From Octopus sinensis (lineage: Eukaryota): a DNA stretch of 64,000 nucleotides. The stretch lies in assembly GCF_006345805.1 (NCBI RefSeq), contig NW_021832231.1, positions 124,001 through 188,000 on the forward strand, given 5' to 3'. Shown here piece after piece: positions 35,399-48,327 of this stretch. The first letter of the stretch is position 1; each line of letters begins with the position of its first letter. The position numbers and the translations under genes were made by a program. The notes below the pieces were generated by a model. It had not been told where the DNA came from. It did not search any database and saw only the letters and a list, made by a program, of their open reading frames with translations.

Positions 35399-38101
35399 TT
35401 ATCTTTTCTCCTTCAGCTGTTTCAAAACATTTTCAAACATCTTCCGACGGTCCCGATCACTCTTCTTAAACGCAAACATGGACTTCTTTTTATCCCCCGC
35501 CAACAGCCTACACTAAAAACAATCCCCGACTTCTCGACAATCGTGATGAGCAGGTCGACCCTTGTCGTGCTGCTGTTCTCGATTCCCGACATGTAGTTTG
35601 TCAAATTCCAGTTGACAATAATATCAATGCTCTGTGGGATCACTCGCTGTATAAACCTGTCTAAGACTGGCACAAAAAGACAAAATGGCGGTCGACTGCA
35701 ACCCTGGGACGGGATTGGTGCCAACAAAATCTAAGAATGCGGGCAATAAATACCTTCAACTGCCTTAAGAATTGCACAAAACTGTAGGAAACTACTGTAA
35801 GTCATCATTTTGACTTCCTGCTGAGTCACCATCGACTCGAAACAACGGAAAATCACGTCGAACGTGGACAGACATATTTCATGGGACATTGATATCTAAA
35901 AAACGAAAACCCGACTAACCGGCAAGTGATCGAAACTCAAAATAATGTCTTTGCAGAATATGACAATGTTCTTGTCCAAATCCGTGGAAGTTTGTACTGA
36001 CTCCTCCTCGCTCATCCAATTGAAGTCATCTTCCTTATGGGGGTGAGGGAATACAGCAAGCGAACAAATCTTGCACCTTCGACGCACAGAACTTGCCGAC
36101 ATGTTGACCAGCAGTATTTATTAAGCTATCAAAGTCCCACTGACTACAAAATCGTGTCACGTGAATGCTCCGTGAATCAGTACTGTGCGGTAAAGATCAA
36201 AGCACTACAAAGTGAGTGCCGATATATGTTCCTTCAGGAAATCTCCAAATGCCAACAAATAGTTCATATCGACGCAGATTTGAACCATTTCCCCAAGCCG
36301 ATTCGGTTGCTCGACCATTTCTTCGAGGGGACGCAAAAAACGTGAGACCATCAGCGCCGAGAGCAACTCGTTCGTGTTTTTTCGGATATTCGAGTCCACG
36401 GCTGGCCCACTTTGAACATTAACAACGGGACGACCAACTTGGATGTGGAATAAGAGAAGAATCTGAAAACTTGGTCGACAAAATGTTTCATTTGTTTACA
36501 CACAGTCAGACAAACCACAGAAAATGCTAATTTGTGGGGAAACTGAAACTAATGCGACAAAAAAACCGTTTTTGGACTCTTTTCAAAGACTTTAATGTAT
36601 TTTCTGATGCTCTGACGGTACTCTTTGTCGTCCTTAACCACCAAACACGCATATCCGCTCTTCTCGATGACACCCTCGACGACCTTCTCCACCTGCGACT
36701 GCAGAATCACTCCATAGCGCTCACTAAGCCTAATTTGGACAAAACAACAAAATCTTGTCCTGCAAAGCAGCCAACGGAGAAAAGGCCAAGTCGAATTTCT
36801 ATTTGATCAGACATACAAACCTGCATTGCCATACAAAACTCAAGCAACTGCCTGTTCAACTCCAAAAGTCGATCTGCCTCACGACAACTGTTCTGCCCGT
36901 ACAGATTTAAACACAACCAGACGAGACTCGATGCACAAAACGAGTTCATTCTCAGCCAGTTTCCACAAATCCAGCAAATATGATCGCAGACTGAACTCGA
37001 CTGTCCCCGCCACCTTGTCCTCGATCATAAAAAACCTAAAAATAAACACCCAGCAACAACCCGGCAATTTCCTGGAAGAAAGTCTCATTTGACTGACTTT
37101 TTTTGCTCAAAACTTCAAAGGAAAGCAGAATTTGCTGTCTTCGCTGATTGATATAGTAGTTCTCCACTTCATCCAAACTGTCCTTCAGAATGGACTAACC
37201 AGGGCATACCAGGAGAGAATAAATGCTGATGCACTTGTAGAGAACACTCAAGTCCAGTATCCTGAGGGGTTCCTAAGGGACTGAATGAACATCACAACTT
37301 TCGGTTTGGTAGAGAACTGGGCAACTGAATCAGCCAATGACATTCCTTGGCTTAGTTCTGTCACAAAATGTCCTCGGCTGGCCTGGGAATAAGACTGGGA
37401 AGAACTGAGAGGAGATCCCCGCCGAACAGTGCCGACTGATACCGAACTGACTCGAGATATGTGTTCAAATCCCGTTTGACTTCTGCCTTTATTTGTCGTC
37501 GAATTTGGACAGTGAAAGCAACCAACTGGCCATGAAAACTGAATTTGGACAATCCCGGAAGAAACGAGGTCTCCAGTTCTTGCAGGTCCCTCAACGCCTC
37601 ATGGTACCTTTCATATAAAAGGACCCTCAACCTCGCACTCTCGAGGGAATGTTTGATCTGGTCGAATAAGTCAAAAACTATAAATAAGATTATTGGATTG
37701 CCTGGGAGGCATTGCCGGAGGTCATGTTTCACGGAATTGCAGGATTTGGAGCGGGATTGACATTCCAATGTGCTCTCGATGACTTGAATCAGTTTGTTCC
37801 CGATTTGTTGGATTTGTGTGTTTATATCCGCCCCCTCGGCCTAAGGATTGGGGGAGGAGGTTACTGTGAGTGAAGTCGACTGGTGTTTTAGTTTGAGGAG
37901 GGCGTAACTGGTTTGAATGAATTCTTGGTGGCGTTCTGAACAGATTTCCTGTATTTTGGAATCGTTGTTTTTACTGGCCACATCGACCATGGTGAGGAAT
38001 TCTTCGAGGCAGTCGTTTTGGGATATCATTTTGATGACTTGTTGAAGGCATTCCTCGTCATTCTCCACCATCGAGACCAATCTCGAAACAGGGGAATACA
38101 T
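35399..38101 (-). CDS. EXOC6: Exocyst complex component 6 (Sec15)
   Basis: IQEICSERHQEFI, YHEALRDLQELETSFLP, FFQEIAG/FFMIED, LVQICVDMNYL, C-terminal FKKSDRDRRKMFENVLKQLK*. Short introns. Confidence 0.88.
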
Positions 38102-40009
38102 TCCTGTTGGTCAAAACACAAACCACAAAATAACATTTATTTAGTTAATTTATTAAATTTAAATTTTTATTAAATTAATGAACTTAATTATATTATCGAC
38201 ATACAAAATCGTTCACAGTTTGAAGAAGGAAATAAAATAATTATAAAACTTTTAGTTATTCAACAAGTAATGATTAATTTTTAATTAATGGATTTGCATT
38301 CTGTCAATTTGTTTCCTCTCGTCTGTCATCACCAATCCGAATGTCCACTCTCGGCAAAGCTCCCTCCGTTGTTCCATTTTTAAACCAAGACTTTTGCATT
38401 TTTCAGGCAGGATCAGTCCAAATTTATGTTCTATGCTCTCCAAATGAATTTTCTTGGTGCTGGGAGTTCCTGCTGTGGTTTCCTTTGTGTATATCCATCA
38501 CTCTCTGTGGGCAGAGATTGAAAATAGACCATCATCAAATAACAAAGGAGAAACCTCAAACAATATTTTTTTTAAATCCCGATCGTAATGAAAAACAGCT
38601 TTGTTTACGTTCCTCAAATTGTTTTGCTGGGTGAAATTGTGATTAGCATTTGGTTTTCAAATAATGTGAGTCAATGAAACAGTCTTTTTACGACTCCTTG
38701 TATTATTCTGTGTACACAAGATAGTGTAATTTAACTTATTGCAGTACCCAGAGAATCTTGAATAATGATTTCTGTAAAGCAAATTTATAATTTACAGTAA
38801 TTTATGGAAGAAGCACAACTAACCTGCCTATCAGATAAAAACATTCAAAACTATTCTCTCTAACGTTCCGCGATGCAACATTTATGAATATATATTTCTT
38901 GAGGAAAAAGTTTTAAAGATCGAATCCTAAAAACAGTACCGGATCGTTTATGTTATAAAAAATAACATCCTTCATTAATAAAAATATTGTCTAAAATGTA
39001 TTTAAATTATTTGAGAGGCTATCGTGAGAGGCAACCAACGTCAATTATGCTGGCGGGGTCCACTTCGGATAGATGGCTTTGTTAACTTCTAGTAAATTAC
39101 AACATTTTTTTATGTTTCAATTTTATTTAAATTATTTTTATGATTGACATAATTAACTTCTCTATTTTACTTGTTATTTAAAACAAAAGTTAATTGTCTA
39201 AAAAAAACATAATTAAAATAAAATTGATGGCGTGACACTTGTCGCAATTGTTTGTTGTTATCTTTTAGTTTTTGTTTTTCTATACATAACATATTTTTAT
39301 TTCATATTATTGATGTTCATTCGATTCTTCAATTTTTGTGTTTTTATGTTTTTTAATATCGGGTTTTCTAGAAATCTCGCTATTTCAAATATATCATTCT
39401 GCCTAAACCACGAAAGTTGTATTTGTCGTTTGAAAATGTCATTTTATTTGTATCAATTCTTTTTCCGATCGAAATTGTACATATATTGTTAATTTCCGGT
39501 TAATAAGAAGTGATGTATCTATTGAAATTGTTATGAGTAAAATTTTCTATTTAAATTGGTTTTTTACAAAACTCAACGATATATTTTAAGTTAATATCTC
39601 CATTATTGCAAGCAACATATTATTAATATTGATCGATACCAAAAAAATAATTAAAAAATTGTCAGGGCTCATTGCCGGCCCTCTATCTCCTCCCTGCACC
39701 TCAACTGTCTTCTCAATGAGGCATTCTCTGTTTCCAGCGAGTCCACCTTCTCCTTCAGTTCTTTGAAGTAGATTGACCGTTCGAGTTTGCACGTGACCAT
39801 ATCCTCCAATCTGGGAGGACTCACCTCCTCTTTCAGGCGACGGGTCATGTCCTTCAAGTTTTGTTTCATCACGATTATAATTTCTTTAATGATGGGAAAA
39901 TGGTCTGTTAATTTTCCTCCGGTTGCTGATATTTTCATTTCTAATATTTTTCTTTCCGAAATCTTTCTTGAGTTTTTTCGATTTTTTCGCGGTTCGTTTG
40001 ACTGACAAA

Positions 40010-41939
40010 CAGTGTTCCCTCTAAGCGAGTGGTAGCTATGCGCGCTGGGCACATTGCATTGTGCAGCGTTATAAAGTGACGTGTGCAAAAAATTTTTGGG
40101 GGGGGGAAATTTTACATTAAAAAACCAATGGTTAAAAAAATAGGTCTAGTCAATTGGATATTCTCTTCTGTTTTTATTTGTATCAAAATTTGTATACTCG
40201 ATCAAGATCCACTGTATTCCCACTTTTAAATAGAACTTGATTCGCATGATCATCTCCAAATGGTCAATCTCAAGTCTATTACGTAGTTTAGTTTTGATAC
40301 AGTTCATCAAACTAAATCCACGTTCAGCATCAGCACTCGACGCTTGAATGAAATGTGCACAAATATCCACTAATGTTGCAGTGGCTGAAAATTTTTTCTC
40401 CGCTAGTATATAGTAAATTACATCTTCAAATGTTTTCAAAGCACCAGAGTGCAGTTTTTCTTTTAAAATAAACTTGAGATCTGTATATTCCGACTGCAGT
40501 TTTATGAGTGGGACTTCTGAAGAGAGTAAATTTTCATATTTTTTCGCTAATTTAATTATCTCCTCTTTTCCAAATTCAAAGTTTGTCTGATTTTGAATTG
40601 CTTGAGTGTCAAATGCTACCCATTCTCTTAATTCGTCAGCTGGAAATCTTTCTTGTAAATGCAGATAAACATGCTCGATAAAGCATAGGATTTCATCTGT
40701 ATTTGTATCTCCATAACCAGTTGTTGATAACAACATCTTCACACTGTCACTCCAGTAAATTTCATTTCCATCCAAATATTGAGATTTCAGCTTCGAAATT
40801 TTTGCTCAATATTTTTCACAAGATTATTTTTTTTCCATGCATCATCGATCCCTAGATCTTGTCTGTGAACGACGCAATGTTGTTCAGTAAGATGAGGAAC
40901 CTCAGCACGGATCAGTGATGCCACGCCATTTCTTCTCCCTAGCATAACGGATGCCCCATCTGATGTAAACATTACCATCTTTTGAAAATCAAGATTGTTT
41001 GTCATGTAGAATTTCTTGATTGCAATGAAAATAGATTTACTGTCACAACTTGTAAGTTTCATTATGCTAGCAAAACTGTTTTGTGATAATTTGTCCCCGT
41101 AGGACGATATTTAATATATATAATAAGCATTTTGGTTACGGATATATCTGTGCTTTCGTCCACAATGAGTGTATGGAACCGAGACTCTCTAATTTCCTGC
41201 ATACATATCTCTTTGACCACGTAGTCGATGCATTCAACAAACTCAAATGCATAATTTTTACTTCGCCAGCTATCAGGAAGTTCTACATATTTTGCCATAT
41301 GATCATGTATATTCATAACAGAAAGTAATGAAGCATTCATGGAGAGAGCCAAAATAACATTGTCAATGAGAATTTTCACTTTTTCAATTTTACTTCGTGC
41401 ACGATCACTCATTTTGAATCTCATCTGTCGGTCATCCTTAGACTCTGTGAGCAAGCAGCTGATTCCAGTTCCTGCTCGAATTCTTCTTAATTTTATTATT
41501 GAATCTGAATGAATTTTATGGGTAATATGTCTCTTCAGATAATCCAATTTCCATATATCCCAGGTTTTGCCACTCGCAAAATCACAAGTCGCTTTAGCGT
41601 CGCCACATATTTTACAAACAACTCCGCAGTCTTCGGAAAAACTAAAAATATCACCCAGTTGCACATGTTGGGGAATTTTTGAATCTGGTGTTAAGGTTTC
41701 GACGTACTCTATCAACCATTCCGGCTTAAAGAAGGAGAATTTTTCTTAAGTCTCATATCAATATTTAGACACGTTTTCGTTTTGAAATGAAAATAAGAAT
41801 ATATAAATTCATATAAAAAATTTAAAAAAATAGCAATTTTTAATATTATACTTTCTACTGCGCAGAAAAAAATTTCGCTGCGCAGCAAGGTGCAAACTGC
41901 TGCGCGGCCGCGCACGCGCGCAGCTTAGAGGGAACACTG
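40010..41939 (-). mobile_element. hAT DNA transposon (ZNF862/C17orf113-like transposase), internally deleted
   Basis: 17-bp perfect TIRs cagtgttccctctaagc and perfect 8-bp TSD ctgacaaa (40002-40009, 41940-41947). ORF pieces WKLDYLKRH, LIVDESTDIS, FTSDGASVMLG, HCVVHR, SSADAERGFSLMN. Confidence 0.95.
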
Positions 41940-42310
41940 CTGACAAACCCTCCCCACAAGCATGACTAATGGAGGGTTCATGTATTGCCGGTAGATTGAT
42001 TGGCTTGTGGGGAAGCTGATCCATTGTTTGCATTTACGGAGGAACACTTTTAAGATGTTCAGTTTCTTCATGCAACTAGTTGTAACATTTTCAATCTGTT
42101 GGGAGAAACACATATGACTATCCTAATTTACGCCGATGATTTTCTGGGATTTTTAAAGGGGATTTCCATGTTGTTTAAATATAAGTTCACCACCATTTTC
42201 CCAAGCTTCCTTGGTGAGACCAGAAGGGTAGTGACTGATTTTTCAGGACTCGTTGATAGTCGATTTAACGAAAGCCAACTTTCGAGATTGTGGAGGTAGT
42301 TCTGCACTTT
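41940..42310 (-). mobile_element. LINE reverse-transcriptase C-terminal remnant (target of the hAT)
   Basis: YLHNLESWLSLNRL..PEKS..LYLNNMEIP..KIIGVN*DSHMCFSQQIENV..KKLNILK..IYRQY. Confidence 0.65.
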
Positions 42311-42779
42311 TGAATATGTACTCTTCCTTCTCTGTGGTTGACAATATGGAGCTGCGGGATAAGATTCCTCAAGTATAGCCGAGTTTGTATTCTCAATACT
42401 ACAAGATTGGCTGCCTTGTTCTGCGGGTGTAACATCATTTGGGACAATATGCAATTTCTTCATGAGTCAATTTCGGATATTTTTTGGCAATAACGTCAGG
42501 TCCGTCAAAATGTCAACGGAAAATAAATCGAATTACTAAATGGTTTGATTCAATCGAACAATTATATTATAAACAAAACTAACGGTTACGAATCGAGCAC
42601 AAGAAGGGATGTAAGTAATTGTTTGACTACCAAAATCACAGAAAGACAGGAGTTTGGAAATTTATTTTTTACACATTTTTAAATCAGTCTTTTGATCTAC
42701 ATAGAACACAATATAATTCAATAAAAATTATTTTTAAGCTCATACGACTGTTTTATCTCATATTTTCACCTAATTGTGC

Positions 42780-44000
42780 GACCTAGGTAATTGCTGTTCA
42801 ACATTCTTCCTCGGAAGATAAAGTCGATTTTGTTTCGCAAATTATTATTAAATAGTCTAATAATATTTATGAATTTTGTCAACAGTAAAAATAATTTGAA
42901 ATTTAATAAACTCAATTTAATTTTGGAGCCAATTTGTAATAATTTGTGTTGGCAACAATGGAACGGCGTTTTTTACTGGAGAGATATGGATTCCACCAAT
43001 TTGATGAGACACAAACCAAGAAAGAGTGGACAGTTATTCCATTTAAATTAATAAAACAGATAATCGAGTCAAAAAACATCTCATCCTTGTTGATTGAGAT
43101 TAACAACCAGTTCCAAGTAATCGTAAAAAACGACGAGACTGTTTTGGAATCCTTCATTCTCTGGGACTGCGAGAAATGGCTGAAATTGTACAGAAACCAA
43201 GACAGTCTCCTATTTTTAGTCAAACACGAGGCACAGTCACTCCTAACCCACATAGAACAAGTCGAGGAAGTTCAAGGTCCAGTTCAAACCCTCCCCCACT
43301 CAATCCGGGGAACTCCTCTGCGGGAAATTCCACTCATATGCTGAACAATTCTCCACCAAACACAACACCAGCACTCCCGAGCCCTGTTTTGAAACAATTT
43401 CTTCATTTGTGAAGGTATTGGTGGGCACATTCTTCCAGAAAAGATTGAGAAGTGACCCTTTGGCTACTCTGGGGAGATTGGATAGCCAATTCGACACAGG
43501 TGATGTCGACAACTTTGTGAGGGCATGTCTTATGGATGGAAACTTCCTCAGTTTTGTGCGGACTGTCGAAGGAGTTGTGAGATCCCTCGAAGATGGCAGG
43601 GAATAGAATTTGTTTGCTGAGTTTGTTTATTTGTGCCCAACAGAATGTCCAGACCAACAGTTTTATATAAGTTTCCAGTCATGAGAGATTTAAACGTTCA
43701 GGCTTTCTTTCTGAGCAGTTTTCTTGTTGAGAATTCCTGACAGAATGCTGTGCTGTAGATTATTCTCTTAGATTTGTCAAATCAGTTTTTTGAGGGGAAT
43801 CGAAATTATGGCCTCTGTCGCTTCTTTTATTAAAGATTGAGTTGTAGGTTAAGCTCAGAGATGGTTGATGAAGCAGTCGTTTTTAGGTAAAATAAAATTC
43901 TAATCCTTCGACGATATAGCTTTGTAGGCATTCCCCTTCTACATTATTGTCCACGATAAATTTTTTTAGAATCTTTGATATATTTTGAGTTTATTTAATA
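42780..44000 (+). CDS. Uncharacterised, probably multi-exon helical protein
   Basis: Successive + strand ORFs (42946-43344, 43409-43606) with exon-like GC content. No recognised domain and limits uncertain. Confidence 0.35.
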
Positions 44001-44494
44001 AAGGGATGATTGTTCTAAGAGTCATCTGGTATTTTGGATTGTAAAATCGGGAATGCTTATTTTGTAATTTCATGAAATGTGTCATACAAATACGAAACTT
44101 ATTCGGACTTAATGAGAAAGAAATTATGATTATCTGCGGTTTTTAAATTCGTTGAATTCAGGTAAATTTTAAAAGTCGAAAAGTAACCTATTTCAGCCTG
44201 TTTGAATAAAGAAATATTAGAAAAGAGACCTCCCATCCTCCGCTTATTAAATATTATATTCAAAAAGACATCAATTCTTAATATTCAGCCCATAACCATT
44301 ATATACATTACAAGGCAGAAATATTCCCAGGTCATCCCCATTTCTGCAGCCACAATAACACACAACTAAAGACAACAAAAACACATCAAAAGACAACCTA
44401 TTCAGCAAAGTTCAAAATCAAGTCGATAAATGAGAATAATTAATAAACAATCAATTAAATCGATTATAGAATTGTTAGTTAAATTAGTATAGGA

Positions 44495-45414
44495 TTATTC
44501 TATCTTGAATCTGATAGGCACAGTCCTCAGTTCAGGCATCACTGTGTCCCCCGTGTCGGCATAACAAGAAACAACAAAATCCTTTCCCTTAGGCAACCCA
44601 GTGAACTGAATAAACACAGTCGGGGACACATACCCCTCCTGCATTAAATACGGATACAAATATTTCCTAAAACTGTCCACAACAGTGACCGTAGTGGACA
44701 CCCCCTAGAATACACAAACACACTCACTTGGATAGAACACGTAATGTTCGAATCATAGTAGGGAATCCACCCATATACCTCAAATAGCAATCATAACTAA
44801 CTCTATTAAGCATAAGCAGCACACACGGCTGTCCCGAGGCATACCCAAAGTTATTGGCGAGAACACAGGCAGGCGGGGCGGAAATTGTAATCCTGCAGGG
44901 CGTCTCCTTCGAACTCGGAGAAGAAGGAGAACAATTTTTGGAATTGACGTTGATGGAGGCACTTTCTAAGGAATTGTGGACTACATTAAGTCACGGCTGA
45001 GGAATGTGGAGATCTCATCAACGTAGGGTTTGTAGGAGGCAGGATCGGAGGTCGAATAAGATATTATTTTCTTGTTCTTTCCAGGAATGCAATTAAGGCC
45101 TGATCGAGTCAGAAAATGACAGACCTGGACCAGTCCTTATTAGAGAAGAGAAGCCGGTCAGTTTGGGTTGATCCACTGGGAGAGTTTTGTTGAAAATAAT
45201 TAGAATGATTATAAAGAAAGCGACAAGGGCGAGATAGAAGAGTGTATAGAACATGCATAGTTTGCCTAGAGTACAATATAGACTGATTACCCCAGTTTCT
45301 GCCACTTCTTTCCATTACTAGTTTTGTTTCTGGGTTGTAGAGAAATGTTGAGAATGCTTTCCTCTTTGCTGAGAACCTTTCTTGGAAGGACATTTTCCCG
45401 TCCACTTGAGCCAT
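44495..45414 (-). CDS. ATP1B: Na+/K+-ATPase beta subunit
   Basis: FLYNPETKLVMERSGRNWG/KLCMFYTLFYLAL TM segment, FGYASGQPCVLLMLNR/VYGWIP, YPYLMQEGYVSPTVFIQF. Confidence 0.92.
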
Positions 45415-46219
45415 GCTTATCAATATATCAACTGTTTATTATTTTAAAAATAAAATATTCGATTTTGAAAATATAATTTATTTAATGTTTCACATACTCA
45501 TGTCTTTATTTTCTCATTTAGATCAAGTCTCAGGCAATCATTATATTTCTCTATTCACTCCGATTATAAATCAGTTCAAAAAATAAGACACAACTTTACA
45601 AGCTACATTAAACACTATCCTATAGCGGAGAAACTGATAACAAAAACTTAGATTGCCCGTCCCTTTGGTTCCGACTAAGATGGCTACTCACCCCGAGGCA
45701 ATCACACACCCCGTCGTTAAGACTTTTTGTACATAATGACGACTCTCCTACACCTTGAATTAGAGCATTTTTAGGAATTTCTGTTAACAGAAAATAACAA
45801 ATTATTCAATTAGAATTGCTTAATTATAGTTAGGAGTAGATTGTCAATGATTTCCCTTCTTTTTTTGAAAGAACAGTTTGCCAGAAACTTTCTTTTCTTT
45901 TTTATTTCTGTGTCATGGGTAATGCCCTAAGCGGTCTTGTGAGGTAGTGCCCACATTTGTGTTATACAGTCAAACCTCTCTAATTTACCACCTCTATGAT
46001 TTGCCACTCTTTTTTTACCGAAAAAATGAAATTCTGTTCTTCCCTTATGTTTTTCTATTTTAATACTTTTTCAGTCTTTTCAAGCAAATTCAAAAACCCG
46101 GAAAATTCAACAACTTCAATTATTTGTAATTTTGTAGATATTCACACAATCAAACTTCGTGAATACCTTCAAAAGAATTGAATTTATGGTTGATGGATAT
46201 GATGTTAAAAAGAAGAATA

Positions 46220-48091
46220 CAGTACGACCCCGGTTTGGGGCAGCATTTTTATCATAGTGCCCCAAAAGCGGGGGTGCCCCAAAATGCGAGGGTAAAGATT
46301 TTTTGCTTTTATTTTCTCCTCAATAGATTTTTATTGCATTTTAGACTATAAATTAAAATTATTTAATATTAATAAAAATTCTAACATAGTCCTTTCTTAA
46401 TAAAATTTAAAAATTTTAATAAATCCAACAAAAAATACTATTAAAAGTAATCAGTAATTTTCTCACCGAATTGGTTTTTTTTTCAGTTCTCCTGATAGGT
46501 TTTTTCTAAATTCGTAGTAGATTTTCAAAAATTGTGGACATGTACTGAAAATATTATCTTCTAGAGAATTCACGATGTTTATGATTTCTTTAATTGATGA
46601 TTTTTTAGATTCATATCCATCATAAGTAATTTTGTCCTCAATAATATCTGTCGAATCCATTGAAATAACATCTGAAATCACGTCATCTATTAATTCTTCG
46701 TCCAACTGTACATTATCCGAAATTTTGATCTGTTTTCATTTATTTTCTGCCAGCAATTAATTATCGTTGTCTCTGACATCATTTTCCATGCCTCCCCGAC
46801 AACTGTAATGACTTGTCTAAGATTGACATTATTCAAATTCTAATCAGAAAGCTGTTCTTTTTCAAATATAAGAGTAAAATCAATCAGTTTATTGAAATAG
46901 AGGGACTTGAAGGATTTTATTATTCCCATATCTAGGGGTTGAATTAAAGCGGTCGTATTTTTGGGAAGAAAAAGTAAATAAACATTGGAATATTCTGTAT
47001 TTCTGTGACAGCTCGCATTATCCAGTATTAAGACAATTTTTCTCTTTCATTGATCATATTGATTTACTTTCCATAACCATTTCCCAAAATATCACTAGTC
47101 ATCCACGAATTTTTTGATGCAGCATATAGTACTCCGTGATCCTCAGCGTTAAAATTTTTTAAACACCTAGGAGATTTGAATTTTCCAATTAATAGAGGTT
47201 TTAACTTTTCACCAAGTGCATTACAACAAAGGAGAAGGGTAACTTTCTCTTTGCTCATTTTAATTCCATTGCATTTGTCATTAAATTGAACAAAAGATTT
47301 CGACGGCGTTCGCTTTATGTATAAAGCTGTTTCATCACAGTTAAAAATATTTTCACTTCCTACAGTTTCCAAACAGTTGTCATAATCAGCAAAAAAATTG
47401 GAAACCGTAGAAAGGTCAGATGAATTCTTTTCTCCACTTATAGTTTTAAATAGCAACTCGTGTCTTTTCTTGAACCGGTCTAGCCATCCATTTGATGCCT
47501 TAAATGATTCATAATTTATCTTTTAGATAATTTTTTTGCAATCAGTTTAAGATAGTTCCAGAAATTGGAAGAAATTCATCTCTCAGACGTAGAAAAGTTT
47601 CAAAAACTAATCTATCTAATTCATTATTTGGATCATGTGATTCCTTGATTCTATCGGATTCAGTTAATCCCGCGTCAAAATAATAAACAAAATTTTGTTT
47701 AATGCGAGAAATAGTACCTGTAATTAATAATTAGTTAAAAAAGATACCTTTGCTCGTTTTATACTTTTTAGCAAGATCTCTTTCTGAAAATTGACCATGT
47801 TTTATATCTTTAGCGATTTTAATTTTGTTTCATAATTAATCTTTGAATTCTTTTTACGAACCATACTAAAGTCAAAATAAACACGTGAAATAATAGTATT
47901 AATTAATATTAATAAATAAACTAACATTTTGTAATTAAATAAATTAAATAAGTGCCCCAAACCGGGGTCATCAAAAATAAATAATAGAATGAAAAATTTA
48001 CTGTTTTCAAAAACTGCCCCTAAAAGCGGGGGTGCCCCAAAACCCGAGGGTGCCCCACCCATGGGGTCTGCCCCAAACCGGGGTCGTACTG
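46220..48091 (-). mobile_element. pogo/Tigger-like element D, near full length, with a 30-nt intron
   Basis: 24-bp perfect TIRs cagtacgaccccggtttggggcag and TA TSD. Motifs FKASNGWLDRFKKRH, IFNCDETAL, KLKPLLIGK..PRC, LILDNASCH, IQPLDMGII. Confidence 0.95.
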
Positions 48092-48327
48092 TAGTATTGA
48101 TTTTGGACAATTGTCAAAGTCATAAAATTAGTTATCACAGTAAATTTATTGAGCTATTGTTCCTTCCAAAAAACTCAACAAGATTACAACCATTGGATGC
48201 AGGAATAATCAAGTGCTTCAAATCTCGATATTATCATTGCCGACTTTCTCATGTTGTGGACGAAATTGATTCCCAAACAAATCCTGAATCGCTATTTAAT
48301 TAAATAAATATAAAAGATGCAGTAATC

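Noticed and set aside
42099-42140. Plus-strand ILIYADD suggesting an inverted (twin-primed) RT segment
   Set aside because: The same bases read KIIGVN*DSHMCFSQQIENV on the minus strand, continuous with the LINE remnant on both sides, so YADD is coincidental.
45655-45755. Two hairpins resembling an H/ACA snoRNA or Sm-site RNA
   Set aside because: No proper H box, and the minus strand contains a GTGAGT..AAAG intron-like segment suggesting coding remnants. Support is insufficient.
45940-45961. let-7 seed TGAGGTAG
   Set aside because: Only the seed matches. The rest of the mature sequence and a precursor hairpin are absent.
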